Shown piece by piece: positions 30,392 to 38,774 of a DNA stretch of 49,796 bases (the stretch's first letter is position 1; each line of letters begins with the position of its first letter). Both the position numbers and the translations under genes were made by a program. Origin of the DNA: an uncultured Rheinheimera sp. (GTDB lineage Bacteria > Pseudomonadota > Gammaproteobacteria > Enterobacterales > Alteromonadaceae); contig CAZIPG010000002.1 of NCBI GenBank assembly GCA_964540955.1, positions 1-49,796 of the forward strand, in the 5' to 3' direction. The notes under the pieces were generated by a model, which saw only the letters and a program-made list of their open reading frames with translations, ran no database searches and was not told the DNA's origin.

Positions 30392-30907
30392 ATGAACATG
30401 ACTGCAATCAACTTTGACCAGCAAACCCCAATCGATACGGTAATTCAACAAGAAATTCATGCCATCAGCGCATTGAATGACAGCCATCAACGGCACATCT
30501 TGGATTACTCCAAAGGCTTTTTAGACAAAGTCTTCCCATTGGCCGCAGGTTCACATAAAGATGTCTGTAGTTATGTGGTGTATTATCAACACCTACTGGC
30601 ATTTTTTGCCGATGGCAGTAACAGCGGCTTACAGAACCCATCCCAATTTGTTGCGTTAGCGGGTAGCCGTGAAAAACCGCAAGGTTTGTTATTTAATGAC
30701 AACGGCCGCCATGTGGCGTTGATGATCTGTCGCAGCGGCCTGCAAGGTGCGAAAGATCAAGCCGGCATCGACGATGTGCAGTTAGAACTGCAAGATGAGC
30801 AAGGTCGTCATTGGTTTTCAATGATCCAAGGCCAATTGCAGCCGAGCTTAGGCCGACGCAAACCGCGTTTTACCGCAAAAGAAGGTGGCGATTATCATTT
30901 AGCTTAA
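30392..30907 (+). CDS. Stand-alone malate synthase G alpha/beta-insertion-domain protein (171 aa, no catalytic barrel)
   Basis: YSKGFLDKVFPLAAGSHKDV..Y, LQNPSQFVAL.G, NGRHVALMI and D.AGIDDVQLE resemble the MSG-specific domain; AGGA RBS before ATG 30392. Confidence 0.75.
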   Translation: MNMTAINFDQQTPIDTVIQQEIHAISALNDSHQRHILDYSKGFLDKVFPLAAGSHKDVCSYVVYYQHLLAFFADGSNSGLQNPSQFVALAGSREKPQGLLFNDNGRHVALMICRSGLQGAKDQAGIDDVQLELQDEQGRHWFSMIQGQLQPSLGRRKPRFTAKEGGDYHLA

Positions 30908-31113
30908 CGCCTTGGATGCAACACAAAATCGCTGAAATTTAGTTTTTTTCAAAGGTTTTGTGTTGCAAATTGCGCAAATTCGCAACTTGGCTGTAACAAC
31001 CACTTGCAGCCTCAGAATCCCAATCGTAACTTTTTCAATCTTGCTAAAAATCCCCTCTTGCGTGTCGTCTCAGAACCACAGATACTGCAAAACATTCAAT
31101 TTTTGGAGAGTCG

Positions 31114-32058
31114 TTGTTGCTGTTACCAACTCAAGCAGTTGTGAAGGGATATCAAGCACTGGCAATTTTAATCTTAGGTGCCTTGGGAAGCGCACCCAGT
31201 TTTGCTTCAGAACATTTTAGCGATCATCAACAGGTCTGCCAAAATCGTCCTGATTGCTTAAACTATTTAAAAGACCAACTGAGCACAACCAAAGTTGAAT
31301 CGGCGGCTTGGTTCAAAATCCAGTCTTACCTGCTTGATTTGCTGTTTGATAAACAAGATTTCGCCGCGCTGCGCTATCGCTGTGAATTATTGCTAGCAAA
31401 ACAACCCCATTCCGAAGTGTTTCGGGCACAGCTGCATTTTTATTATGCGAAAAGCCTGGCCTTCTTTGGTGAACGCGACAATGCCCGCAGCCACGCCTTT
31501 ATTGCCTATAAACAGCTGAACGAGTTATTTCAATCCTTTGCCGACCCACTGCGGTTGATTGAACTGGGCAATTTAGAAATTTGGCTTGGCGAGCATGAAC
31601 AAGCGTATGACATTTTAATCGCGGCACAGGCACGTTACAGCAAAAGTAAAGATCCATTATTTTGGTTCGAGCTCAACAGTAATTTCGCGTTAATTTACGA
31701 CAAGCGGCAACAATTGGCGCTTTCAGAAGAGGCTCGCACTAAAGCCCTCGAAGCTATTATGCCGACGGGTGAAACCGATAAAATTGCGACGGCAATGGGG
31801 AACTTGGCACGGACAAAACAACTGCGTGGCGATTATGTCAATGCAAGAAAAGTGTACGAGCAATCCTTGGAGTATTTAACTTCGAAGCTGGACGATAAAA
31901 TTCGCTCAATTTATTTGCTCCGTTTGAGTGAAATCGCCATGGCCATGGAAGATAAAGCGGGCGCAAAAACCTATTTTGATCAAGTCGACCCAACGCTGAT
32001 TGACCCCAATAGCCATCTGATCATTTATCAATCATTGCAAAAGCATTGGCAGAACTAA
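31114..32058 (+). CDS. Exported tetratricopeptide-repeat protein
   Basis: Signal peptide (..GSAPSFA-SE); helical TPR patterns (AMGNLARTKQLRGDYVNARKVYEQSLE). The start may be GTG 31141. Confidence 0.75.
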   Translation: MLLLPTQAVVKGYQALAILILGALGSAPSFASEHFSDHQQVCQNRPDCLNYLKDQLSTTKVESAAWFKIQSYLLDLLFDKQDFAALRYRCELLLAKQPHSEVFRAQLHFYYAKSLAFFGERDNARSHAFIAYKQLNELFQSFADPLRLIELGNLEIWLGEHEQAYDILIAAQARYSKSKDPLFWFELNSNFALIYDKRQQLALSEEARTKALEAIMPTGETDKIATAMGNLARTKQLRGDYVNARKVYEQSLEYLTSKLDDKIRSIYLLRLSEIAMAMEDKAGAKTYFDQVDPTLIDPNSHLIIYQSLQKHWQN

Positions 32059-32906
32059 CCTGCCGAATTGCATTGTTGTTTGGCGGCGAGGATATCGGCG
32101 CTCGTTAAACCTTGCTGCTCCGCACTTAAGGCCTCATGCATCACGGCAGAGGCTTCGGGTAAATGTCCGATCCCTAGCGCGTGGCCAAATTCATGGGTTA
32201 AGGTCAATACCAAAGTATCTTGATCATGGTAGGCAAAGATTTTCATCGCTAAATGTTGATTATTGCGGATCAACAATCCGACTTCTGCAATGCGTGCACG
32301 CTGTTGCTCTGCCGGGATCAGTGCGTTCCTATCGTTGATACTCGCCTGATAATGCCGTTGTTTATCATTGAGTTTGGCGGCATAAGCATTCACCTCATCC
32401 GCCTGTTGCTGCAAGAGTTGTTGCTCTAATTGTATCGTTTGCGCACTGAGACTACCGCTGGCGATTTGCTGTTGCAGCTGTTGTTTTCGGGTGGAAAAAT
32501 CCGCATAACGTTGTTCATAATCGGCACGAAGCGCTGTCAGCTCGGCGGACAACCCGGCTAAATAGGCATCATAGTTGGCGATGTTGCGGGCGACCCGTTG
32601 ACCTGATAACAACTGCTGTTGTCGTTCATCATAAATGAAATCAATCGGAAACCCATGCGTTGGGTCTTCGACCAAAACCAAAGCTCCCAACTGCTGATTC
32701 CAAGCTTCAGCCGCTTGCCGGATGGCTGATAAAGCCTGACTTTCATCAAGCTTAAACTGGGGATCTAAAGACGCTAACCGCCAAGAAATTGGGGCATGGC
32801 AATGCAACGCTGCAGCATCAGAATTTGGGCGGGGCTGTTGCCATTTTTCACTCAGTAGAAAAAACGCGAGGCCTAACAGACAGAGCAAGCCAATCAACTG
32901 ACGCAC
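32055..32906 (-). CDS. Matrixin (M10)-family zinc metalloprotease with a coiled-coil insert
   Basis: HEFGHALGIGH plus Met-turn SAVM; N-terminal anchor; Q-rich coiled coil. GTG 32906 preferred because GGAG lies 8 nt upstream. Confidence 0.88.
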   Translation of the reverse strand: MRQLIGLLCLLGLAFFLLSEKWQQPRPNSDAAALHCHAPISWRLASLDPQFKLDESQALSAIRQAAEAWNQQLGALVLVEDPTHGFPIDFIYDERQQQLLSGQRVARNIANYDAYLAGLSAELTALRADYEQRYADFSTRKQQLQQQIASGSLSAQTIQLEQQLLQQQADEVNAYAAKLNDKQRHYQASINDRNALIPAEQQRARIAEVGLLIRNNQHLAMKIFAYHDQDTLVLTLTHEFGHALGIGHLPEASAVMHEALSAEQQGLTSADILAAKQQCNSAG

Positions 32907-32951
32907 AAGCGACACTCCAGGGTAAGTGCATTTATTGGCCGAGCTTAAATG

Positions 32952-32982
32952 AAAAAAACCGCCCTCACAAGAAGGCGGTTTT
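32952..32982 (-). terminator. Rho-independent terminator, minus strand, with no upstream CDS
   Basis: AAAACCGCCTTC-TTGT-GAGGGCGGTTTTTTT. Confidence 0.85.
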
Positions 32983-33102
32983 CCGTGTCTTCTGATTTTA
33001 CAGCAGCCAACTCCATCTGAAAGTCTGTGTATAATCGGTACAGCGCTTTGGTCAACGTCAGACTTCTTAGACTCATTTTATAAGTTGTAGTGCTAAGAAG
33101 CG
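32952..33102 (-). ncRNA. Candidate sRNA (or terminated leader of the matrixin gene), about 150 nt
   Basis: Promoter TTGCCA-N18-TACACT (33138-33109); 5' stem CTTCTTAG/CTAAGAAG; strong terminator; no credible ORF. Confidence 0.5.
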
Positions 33103-33169
33103 ATTGAAAGTGTACAAAAACCAATCGCTGCTTGGCAAGGGCAAAATTCAACCAATTTTCACAATTTTT

Positions 33170-33186
33170 AACTGTCCAGACCAGTT
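33170..33186. promoter_or_regulatory. FadR-like operator
   Basis: AACTGTCCAGACCAGTT versus consensus AACTGGTCNGACCAGTT (2 mismatches). Confidence 0.6.
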
Positions 33187-33371
33187 CAACTCTAAAAGCT
33201 TTCAGTCCAAATGAATTCAGCATTAGCAAGTCAATTTTATGACAAGTCTAAATAATAAGTTCCTCTAAGAAAAACAAGATTTTTTGCCATACGAAACTTT
33301 CAATTGCTTTCGAACACACTTGTGAATGCAAGCCGAAAATCCACAATGACACACTTTTGTACAGTTTCTTT

Positions 33372-33507
33372 GTGCAAAATTCGGCAAAGTCACTTGGTGA
33401 TGGTGAACTGCAATCACTATCCACAACTTGCATGTTTTTGTAAGTGTCAGCCATATGTCTAGATGGTCTGTTGGGCTTAGAGCACATTTGGCTCTAAGCC
33501 TTTTTTT
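33372..33507 (+). ncRNA. Candidate structured sRNA, about 135 nt (5' end inferred)
   Basis: Three consecutive hairpins plus a terminator; no ORF; possible -10 TACAGT at 33360. Confidence 0.5.
33474..33507 (+). terminator. Rho-independent terminator, plus strand, with no upstream CDS
   Basis: GGCTTAGAGC-ACATTTG-GCTCTAAGCC-TTTTTTT. Confidence 0.9.
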
Positions 33508-33714
33508 CATGAGTGCTTGGGTTAATATCACCCAACTTCGCTCAATCAATTAATTGGCTAAAAACAGCGGAAGTGACGATTTTGCAAGACATCACTTGAA
33601 CCCTGTGTTGCATCATTTTCAGACCGATGCGGCCTAAGTTGCAGCAATGGCCCGCGAAAGCAAACCGCTATATTTTGCTATACAGCGGGGCAAATTGTTG
33701 ACTATGCTGAGAAT

Positions 33715-34548
33715 ATGAATATGAAATTATCTGGCTCCCAACCCTGTGTATGGTCATTGCTGTGCTTGGCACTGGCACAGCCAGCTTTTGCCGAACAGGG
33801 CTTCGAGGCAAGTATTGCCTTGGGGTATGGCCAATTCGGTGCCATCACCCATAACAATGAGGCAACGCCATTAATTGTATTGCCACGCTGGTCGTACTAT
33901 GGCGAACGCTTTTATGTCGAAAATCTCGATGTGGGTTTTAATCTCTGGCAACACCAAGGCTGGTCTATCGACCTCACCACCAAACAAAGTTTTGATGCGT
34001 TGTTAATGCGCCAGCATTCATTAACGGATTCCTTGATCCAAGGCTTGTTAAGTTCGAATGTGCCGTTACCGCTGCCAATGGGCGCTGAATTACCGGACTA
34101 TCTGCATCCTAGCAAACGGCATTTAAGCTATTTAGCGGGCGCGACTGTGTTCTATCAACAAGACCACTTCCAAATGTCCAGCGCCTATCATCAAGACATC
34201 AGTGAAGTGCACCAAGGTTTCGAATGGCAGAGTAAATTGAGTTACGTCTGGCATTTTTCTAAACTCGCGGTCGCGACCAGTGCTGAATTTCGCTTATTAT
34301 CCGCCGATTACGCCAATTACCACTTTGGTGTGGGTCGCAAAGATACCACTGGGCAACTTTATGAATATTTGCCTGACAGTGCTTGGCTCACGAGTATCAA
34401 AGTGGAAGCGAATTATCCTCTCACCACCAATGTCAGCTTTGTCGCCAACTTTCGACGCGAGTGGTTACCCAGCCAATTCGAACCCAGCATGTATTTTAAA
34501 CAACGTCAGCACGATATCTGGTTTAGCGGAGTCATGTGGACATGGTAA
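33715..34548 (+). CDS. MipA/OmpV-family outer-membrane beta-barrel
   Basis: Signal peptide; LPRWSYYGERFYVENLDVGF; DISEVHQGFE; YANYHFGV; C-terminal Trp (GVMWTW). Confidence 0.85.
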   Translation: MNMKLSGSQPCVWSLLCLALAQPAFAEQGFEASIALGYGQFGAITHNNEATPLIVLPRWSYYGERFYVENLDVGFNLWQHQGWSIDLTTKQSFDALLMRQHSLTDSLIQGLLSSNVPLPLPMGAELPDYLHPSKRHLSYLAGATVFYQQDHFQMSSAYHQDISEVHQGFEWQSKLSYVWHFSKLAVATSAEFRLLSADYANYHFGVGRKDTTGQLYEYLPDSAWLTSIKVEANYPLTTNVSFVANFRREWLPSQFEPSMYFKQRQHDIWFSGVMWTW

Positions 34549-34910
34549 AACGGACATGGCCTGTGTTACTGATCCTATTCAGTGCGTTGGGCAATGCCGA
34601 ACCAACTTCGATCAAATTATTGCCTCGCGTCTGCTTAGGCCCGCTGGATCAGCCCTGTGAAGTCCAGTTGATGCTGAGCTGGCACAGCGATATTGAGTTA
34701 TGTTTGTATCACAGCAACGAGCCAACACCACTTCTCTGCGGTCATTCCTTTCAGAATTATCGCTTTGCTTTCTCGTTGCAGGGAGATACCCGATTTATCA
34801 TCAAATCCTCCCTTGCGGATAGCGCTGAGCACAGTTTTTTAATCAAACATCTCGAAGCCAAATCAACGCAGCAGCTGGATAGGCGTCGCGTCCGTTGGAG
34901 TTTATTCTGA
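34542..34910 (+). CDS. DUF3019-like exported protein
   Basis: Signal peptide; P.VC......CEVQL.LSW....LCL pattern; C-terminal RRRVRWSLF; overlaps the mipA stop. Confidence 0.7.
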   Translation: MVKRTWPVLLILFSALGNAEPTSIKLLPRVCLGPLDQPCEVQLMLSWHSDIELCLYHSNEPTPLLCGHSFQNYRFAFSLQGDTRFIIKSSLADSAEHSFLIKHLEAKSTQQLDRRRVRWSLF

Positions 34911-35605
34911 TGAGTTTTCATATTTTGCTATTGGAAGATGACAACGCCCTCGCCCGCCTCACCAAGGAATTTCTGCAACAAGAAGGCTATGTCGTGAGCT
35001 GCGCCAATCAGGCGCATCGCGCGAAATTGCTATTAGAGCAACAACGGATCGATTTGCTGTTATGCGATGTCATGCTGCCAGGCGTCAACGGTTTTGATTT
35101 TGTCGCTGCCATCCGCGAGCAATATCAAGGGCCGATTTTGTTTATGACGGCCCAAACTCAAATCCAACATCAGTTGAAGGGTTTTGCTTTAGGGGCTCAG
35201 GATTATTTAGTGAAACCGGTCGACCCACGCTTGTTACTGGCAAAAATCCAAGTGTTTTTGCCCAGAGCCAGCACCATCGCGGAGCAACCTCAGGATCTGA
35301 CCTTTCACAATCTACATATCGACTCACAGTCGCGTATTGCCATTCTTGCAGGCACCCCGCTGCAACTCACCAATGCTGAATACAAGTTATTGAAGGCATT
35401 GTGTGAACAGTTTGGCAAAGTAGTCAGTCGCGAATGGTTATTTCAACAACATTTAGGGCGCGATTATGATGGTTTAGACCGGACTATGGATGGACGAGCT
35501 TCGCGCCTGCGTAAAAAACTCCAAGCCATAGATCCAGCTTGGAATGTCGTCACTGCATGGGGAGAAGGGTATTACCTGTCTTATGGCACTGCTGAAACGC
35601 TTTAA
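34910..35605 (+). CDS. OmpR-family response regulator (RstA-like)
   Basis: LLEDD, CDVMLPGVNGF, DYLVKP; wHTH YDGLDRTMDGRASRLRKKL...WGEGY; TGATG coupling. Confidence 0.92.
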   Translation: MSFHILLLEDDNALARLTKEFLQQEGYVVSCANQAHRAKLLLEQQRIDLLLCDVMLPGVNGFDFVAAIREQYQGPILFMTAQTQIQHQLKGFALGAQDYLVKPVDPRLLLAKIQVFLPRASTIAEQPQDLTFHNLHIDSQSRIAILAGTPLQLTNAEYKLLKALCEQFGKVVSREWLFQQHLGRDYDGLDRTMDGRASRLRKKLQAIDPAWNVVTAWGEGYYLSYGTAETL

Positions 35606-36923
35606 CTCACCCTTTGTCCGCTTTAATCTGTTGGTTGCCACCACAGTATTGGCATTGGCACTTAGCCTTGGCCAACTCTACACGGTGCTCAATGCAGATG
35701 TACCGCCTTCAGTTGATGCCCGTTTAGTGTTAGATGCGGTACAACAACTCCGCCAGCATCAGCAACCCTTGAGTTGCTCTGCCGAGCAAGACAGCAACTG
35801 CGAAAAAGCGCTGTTTATCGTCTATCCCGCTGAATATTGGCAAGGTCAGTTAGATGCGAAGCCCGGCAGCATTATTCCGCTCACCGATAGTCAGCACCAA
35901 ACTTTGTTATGTAGCGTTGAACAATCTGGTGAGCTGTTATGCCTGAATCAACTCAACTGGCCGGATCCCAATGCCGCCTCGGTTGATTTAGCTTATGTGT
36001 TTTATTTTGCTTTGCTGCTCGCGCTGTTTTTAATTAGCCGTAACTTATTTCGCGATATGACGATTTTACGCCACAGTGCCCTGCAGGAAATTCGCCATGG
36101 CAAATTCCCGCATTTCACGCTGAGCCCACGTTCGTATTTAGCCCCGTTAGCCCAGTCGCTGCGCAACATGACGCAGCGGATTGAACAACTCAATCGCTTT
36201 CAAACAGAGATGGCAGAAACCGTTTGCCACGATATTAAAACGCCGCTCGCGCGGCTGAAATTCATCAGCCACTTGTTAAACGGCAATACCATTGAGCAAA
36301 GTCGCCAGCAAATTGCGCAGAATCTGCAAGAGATTGAAGAGAACGTGTACGATTATTTGCGGTTGGCTGAAAATAACTATGAAAACCAAGATTTGAACTG
36401 CGCACAGATCCCACTGGCCGATTTTTTACAGAACTTAATCTCCCCACATCAAGATCCTACACACATTCACATCGATTTGGTCTGCGCCGCTGATTTACAG
36501 TGGCAAGCCGATAGCAAATTACTGGCAAGAGCCGTCAATAATTTATTGATCAATGCGCTGCGCTTTGCCAAACAGCAAGTTTCCATTCGAGTGACACTTG
36601 AAAACATCGCCATGGGAACCAGTGAAAGTGGCACACAACAGTGGCTTTGTTTGAGTGTTTCTGATGATGGTCCTGGCTGGCCAACAGCAAGCGTTCCTAG
36701 ACTGAACAATGCAACAGAATCAAGGCGAGAGCAAGGCCCGCGAAAGCACGGCCAACAAGATCAGCAGCAACGCAATACAACAGAGGATGACATTCTCCAT
36801 CATGGGCTGGGCTTAGCCATTGTGCGCAGAGTCGCAGAAAAGCATCAGGGCCAGTTGCGACTCATTCATAATGCACAGGGCGGTGCTTGCGCTCAACTCT
36901 GGCTTGGCCCTCGAACCGCGTGA
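35583..36923 (+). CDS. Sensor histidine kinase
   Basis: Two TMs with a Cys-rich periplasmic domain; H-box VCHDIKTPLARL; N-box NNLLINALRFA; DDGPG; GLGLAIV. Confidence 0.92.
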   Translation: MALLKRFNSPFVRFNLLVATTVLALALSLGQLYTVLNADVPPSVDARLVLDAVQQLRQHQQPLSCSAEQDSNCEKALFIVYPAEYWQGQLDAKPGSIIPLTDSQHQTLLCSVEQSGELLCLNQLNWPDPNAASVDLAYVFYFALLLALFLISRNLFRDMTILRHSALQEIRHGKFPHFTLSPRSYLAPLAQSLRNMTQRIEQLNRFQTEMAETVCHDIKTPLARLKFISHLLNGNTIEQSRQQIAQNLQEIEENVYDYLRLAENNYENQDLNCAQIPLADFLQNLISPHQDPTHIHIDLVCAADLQWQADSKLLARAVNNLLINALRFAKQQVSIRVTLENIAMGTSESGTQQWLCLSVSDDGPGWPTASVPRLNNATESRREQGPRKHGQQDQQQRNTTEDDILHHGLGLAIVRRVAEKHQGQLRLIHNAQGGACAQLWLGPRTA

Positions 36924-36987
36924 AACAACGATGTTTAAAGCTGAACACTGAACGAATATCGTCGATGCAGCAACAGCAACCGAGTTG

Positions 36988-38259
36988 TCAGTCTTGTAAC
37001 GGCTGTGCCGGAACCGCCACCGGCGTTTTGCTCATGTGACGACCATAAACCAACTGGAATATCGGCGTTGCCATCAGGGTCGTCACAATCGCCATCAGCA
37101 CCATAATCGAAAAGAGACCTTGTTCAATCACGCCAAATTTGAGCGCGATATTGATAATAATTAATTCCATCAAGCCCCGCGCATTCATCAAAGCCCCCAC
37201 GGCCATTGCGGTACGATTATCTGCACCACCGACCCGTGCGGCAGCCCAACAAGCGGCAAATTTAGCAAAAATGGACGCAGCAAGGATGATCATGGCGATA
37301 CTGAATAACTCAAACGAGGCCAACACGTTCAGTTGCGTTTTTAAGCCAGAATAAGTAAAAAACATCGGCAATAATAAAAACACGGTCACTTTACTGAAGC
37401 GCCGATCAATCAGCTCCGTCAGCTTGCCACGCGGCATTGCAATGCCTAACAAGAAACCGCCGAAGACGGCATGCAAACCGACCCATTCCATAGCATAGGC
37501 AGAGATAGCCCATAACAACAACACCAGCAGTAATTCGGGCAAGGTGATTGTCCCTGCTTTTTCAACTTTATCAGCCAAAGGCTGCAACCATTGCCGCGCT
37601 TTGGTCAGCATAAAGGTGGCGTATAAACTGCCGCCGATCACCGCCTTCACCGCCAGCATGGTGCCGCCACCAAAATTTGCCAACACTACCGCTAACACCA
37701 CCCAAGCCGCTGCATCATCAATGGCACCGGCTGCCAACGCCAAAGTCCCCAAGGCTGTGCCGGCTAATTTGCGCTCATAAATAATCCGCGCCAGCATTGG
37801 AAATGCCGTGATAGCAATTGCTGCCCCCATAAATAAAGCAGCACTGCTATAGGAAATATTGGCAGCAAACAAACCTGGAATTTCCAGTAACCACAAACAC
37901 AATAAAGCACCAACGATAAAAGGTACCAACATGCCGCTTAACGACACACCAATAGCACTGCGAGCATTTTGCTTAAATAACTGGGTGTTAAACTCTAACC
38001 CCACCAAAAACATATATAAACCGACCCCAATTTGCGCCCCGATATAAAGGATGGGCATTGTTTCGGGGATAAAAATCGATTTTTGTAGTTCAGGGAAAAA
38101 TAACCCAAATAACGAAGGCCCTAGCACTACACCCGCGATCATCTCGCCCACAACTCTGGGCTGACCAATAAATTTTGCGAGATAACCAAAGACTTGGGCA
38201 GCTATCAGAATAATCACTAGTTGCTGGGCAAATGCGAGTGCCAGCTCGAAATTGGACAT
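36988..38259 (-). CDS. Cation:proton antiporter (CPA2/Kef, Na+/H+ exchanger family)
   Basis: GQPRVVGEMIAGVVLGPS, ITAFPMLARII, AIDDAAAW, LMNARGLMELII. Confidence 0.92.
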   Translation of the reverse strand: MSNFELALAFAQQLVIILIAAQVFGYLAKFIGQPRVVGEMIAGVVLGPSLFGLFFPELQKSIFIPETMPILYIGAQIGVGLYMFLVGLEFNTQLFKQNARSAIGVSLSGMLVPFIVGALLCLWLLEIPGLFAANISYSSAALFMGAAIAITAFPMLARIIYERKLAGTALGTLALAAGAIDDAAAWVVLAVVLANFGGGTMLAVKAVIGGSLYATFMLTKARQWLQPLADKVEKAGTITLPELLLVLLLWAISAYAMEWVGLHAVFGGFLLGIAMPRGKLTELIDRRFSKVTVFLLLPMFFTYSGLKTQLNVLASFELFSIAMIILAASIFAKFAACWAAARVGGADNRTAMAVGALMNARGLMELIIINIALKFGVIEQGLFSIMVLMAIVTTLMATPIFQLVYGRHMSKTPVAVPAQPLQD

Positions 38260-38690
38260 GGGCGTTTTCCGTTAATTGATCAACTTCAATACGAACGCAC
38301 TAAGCGTGCAGTTTTAAAATTTGCGCAACAACATAACAAAATGCAGGCGTGTTTTTTGGTATTACACACAATGCTCGCGGAGCTTATCCGCAGCGATCTG
38401 TGCTGGCAAGTAGATTTTATCGCCAATGGCGCAAAGATTTCTAAGGCTATTGCAACACGTCACACAAATGGAGTCTTGGTGGTATTGCAAAAGTAAGTTG
38501 CAACCTCTTAAAACAAACACTTCATTTTAAGGAAGTTAAAATGAATATAAAAATCACTATTTTCAATCGAACGTCTGCCGCACAAAATCTGTAAGGATTC
38601 AAACGAGTTCAATGAAACGCAGTTGGCATTTATTTCGATGTCAGCAAAACTGCTGAACGCCGCAATTCCAGCACCATTCATAGTTTTTTA

Positions 38691-38719
38691 TTGCTATCTG
38701 ACTCAGATGTTTTTATAAC
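38691..38719 (+). promoter_or_regulatory. Sigma70 promoter of the AbgT gene
   Basis: TTGCTA-N17-TATAAC. Confidence 0.55.
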
Positions 38720-38774
38720 TAACCCCGATTTAACTTTAACCCTGATTGATGCAGCCCACCACAAGGAAAAAAAT

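Noticed and set aside
32055-32058. Functional TPR/matrixin pair implied by overlapping stop codons
   Set aside because: 4-nt convergent overlaps are common, and nothing else links the two genes.
32990-33030. Spot 42 (spf) homolog, from shared CTTTCAGA and TTGGCTG words
   Set aside because: The conserved GTAGGGTAC 5' end and polA context are absent; only short word matches.
32945-33549. Short minus-strand ORFs (94, 79, 94 aa) in the large intergenic region
   Set aside because: No RBS, atypical composition, and they run through terminator or promoter elements.
33382-33660. c-di-GMP-I riboswitch (GGCAAA..GTGA loop at 33383; CCTAAG..ATGG receptor-like at 33633)
   Set aside because: The two half-motifs are about 250 nt apart and separated by a terminator; the GACGCAAA junction and P1 are not present.
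38440-38510. Repeated TTGCAA hexamers as an operator between the antiporter and AbgT genes
   Set aside because: Irregular spacing and a short motif in AT-rich DNA; cannot be distinguished from chance.
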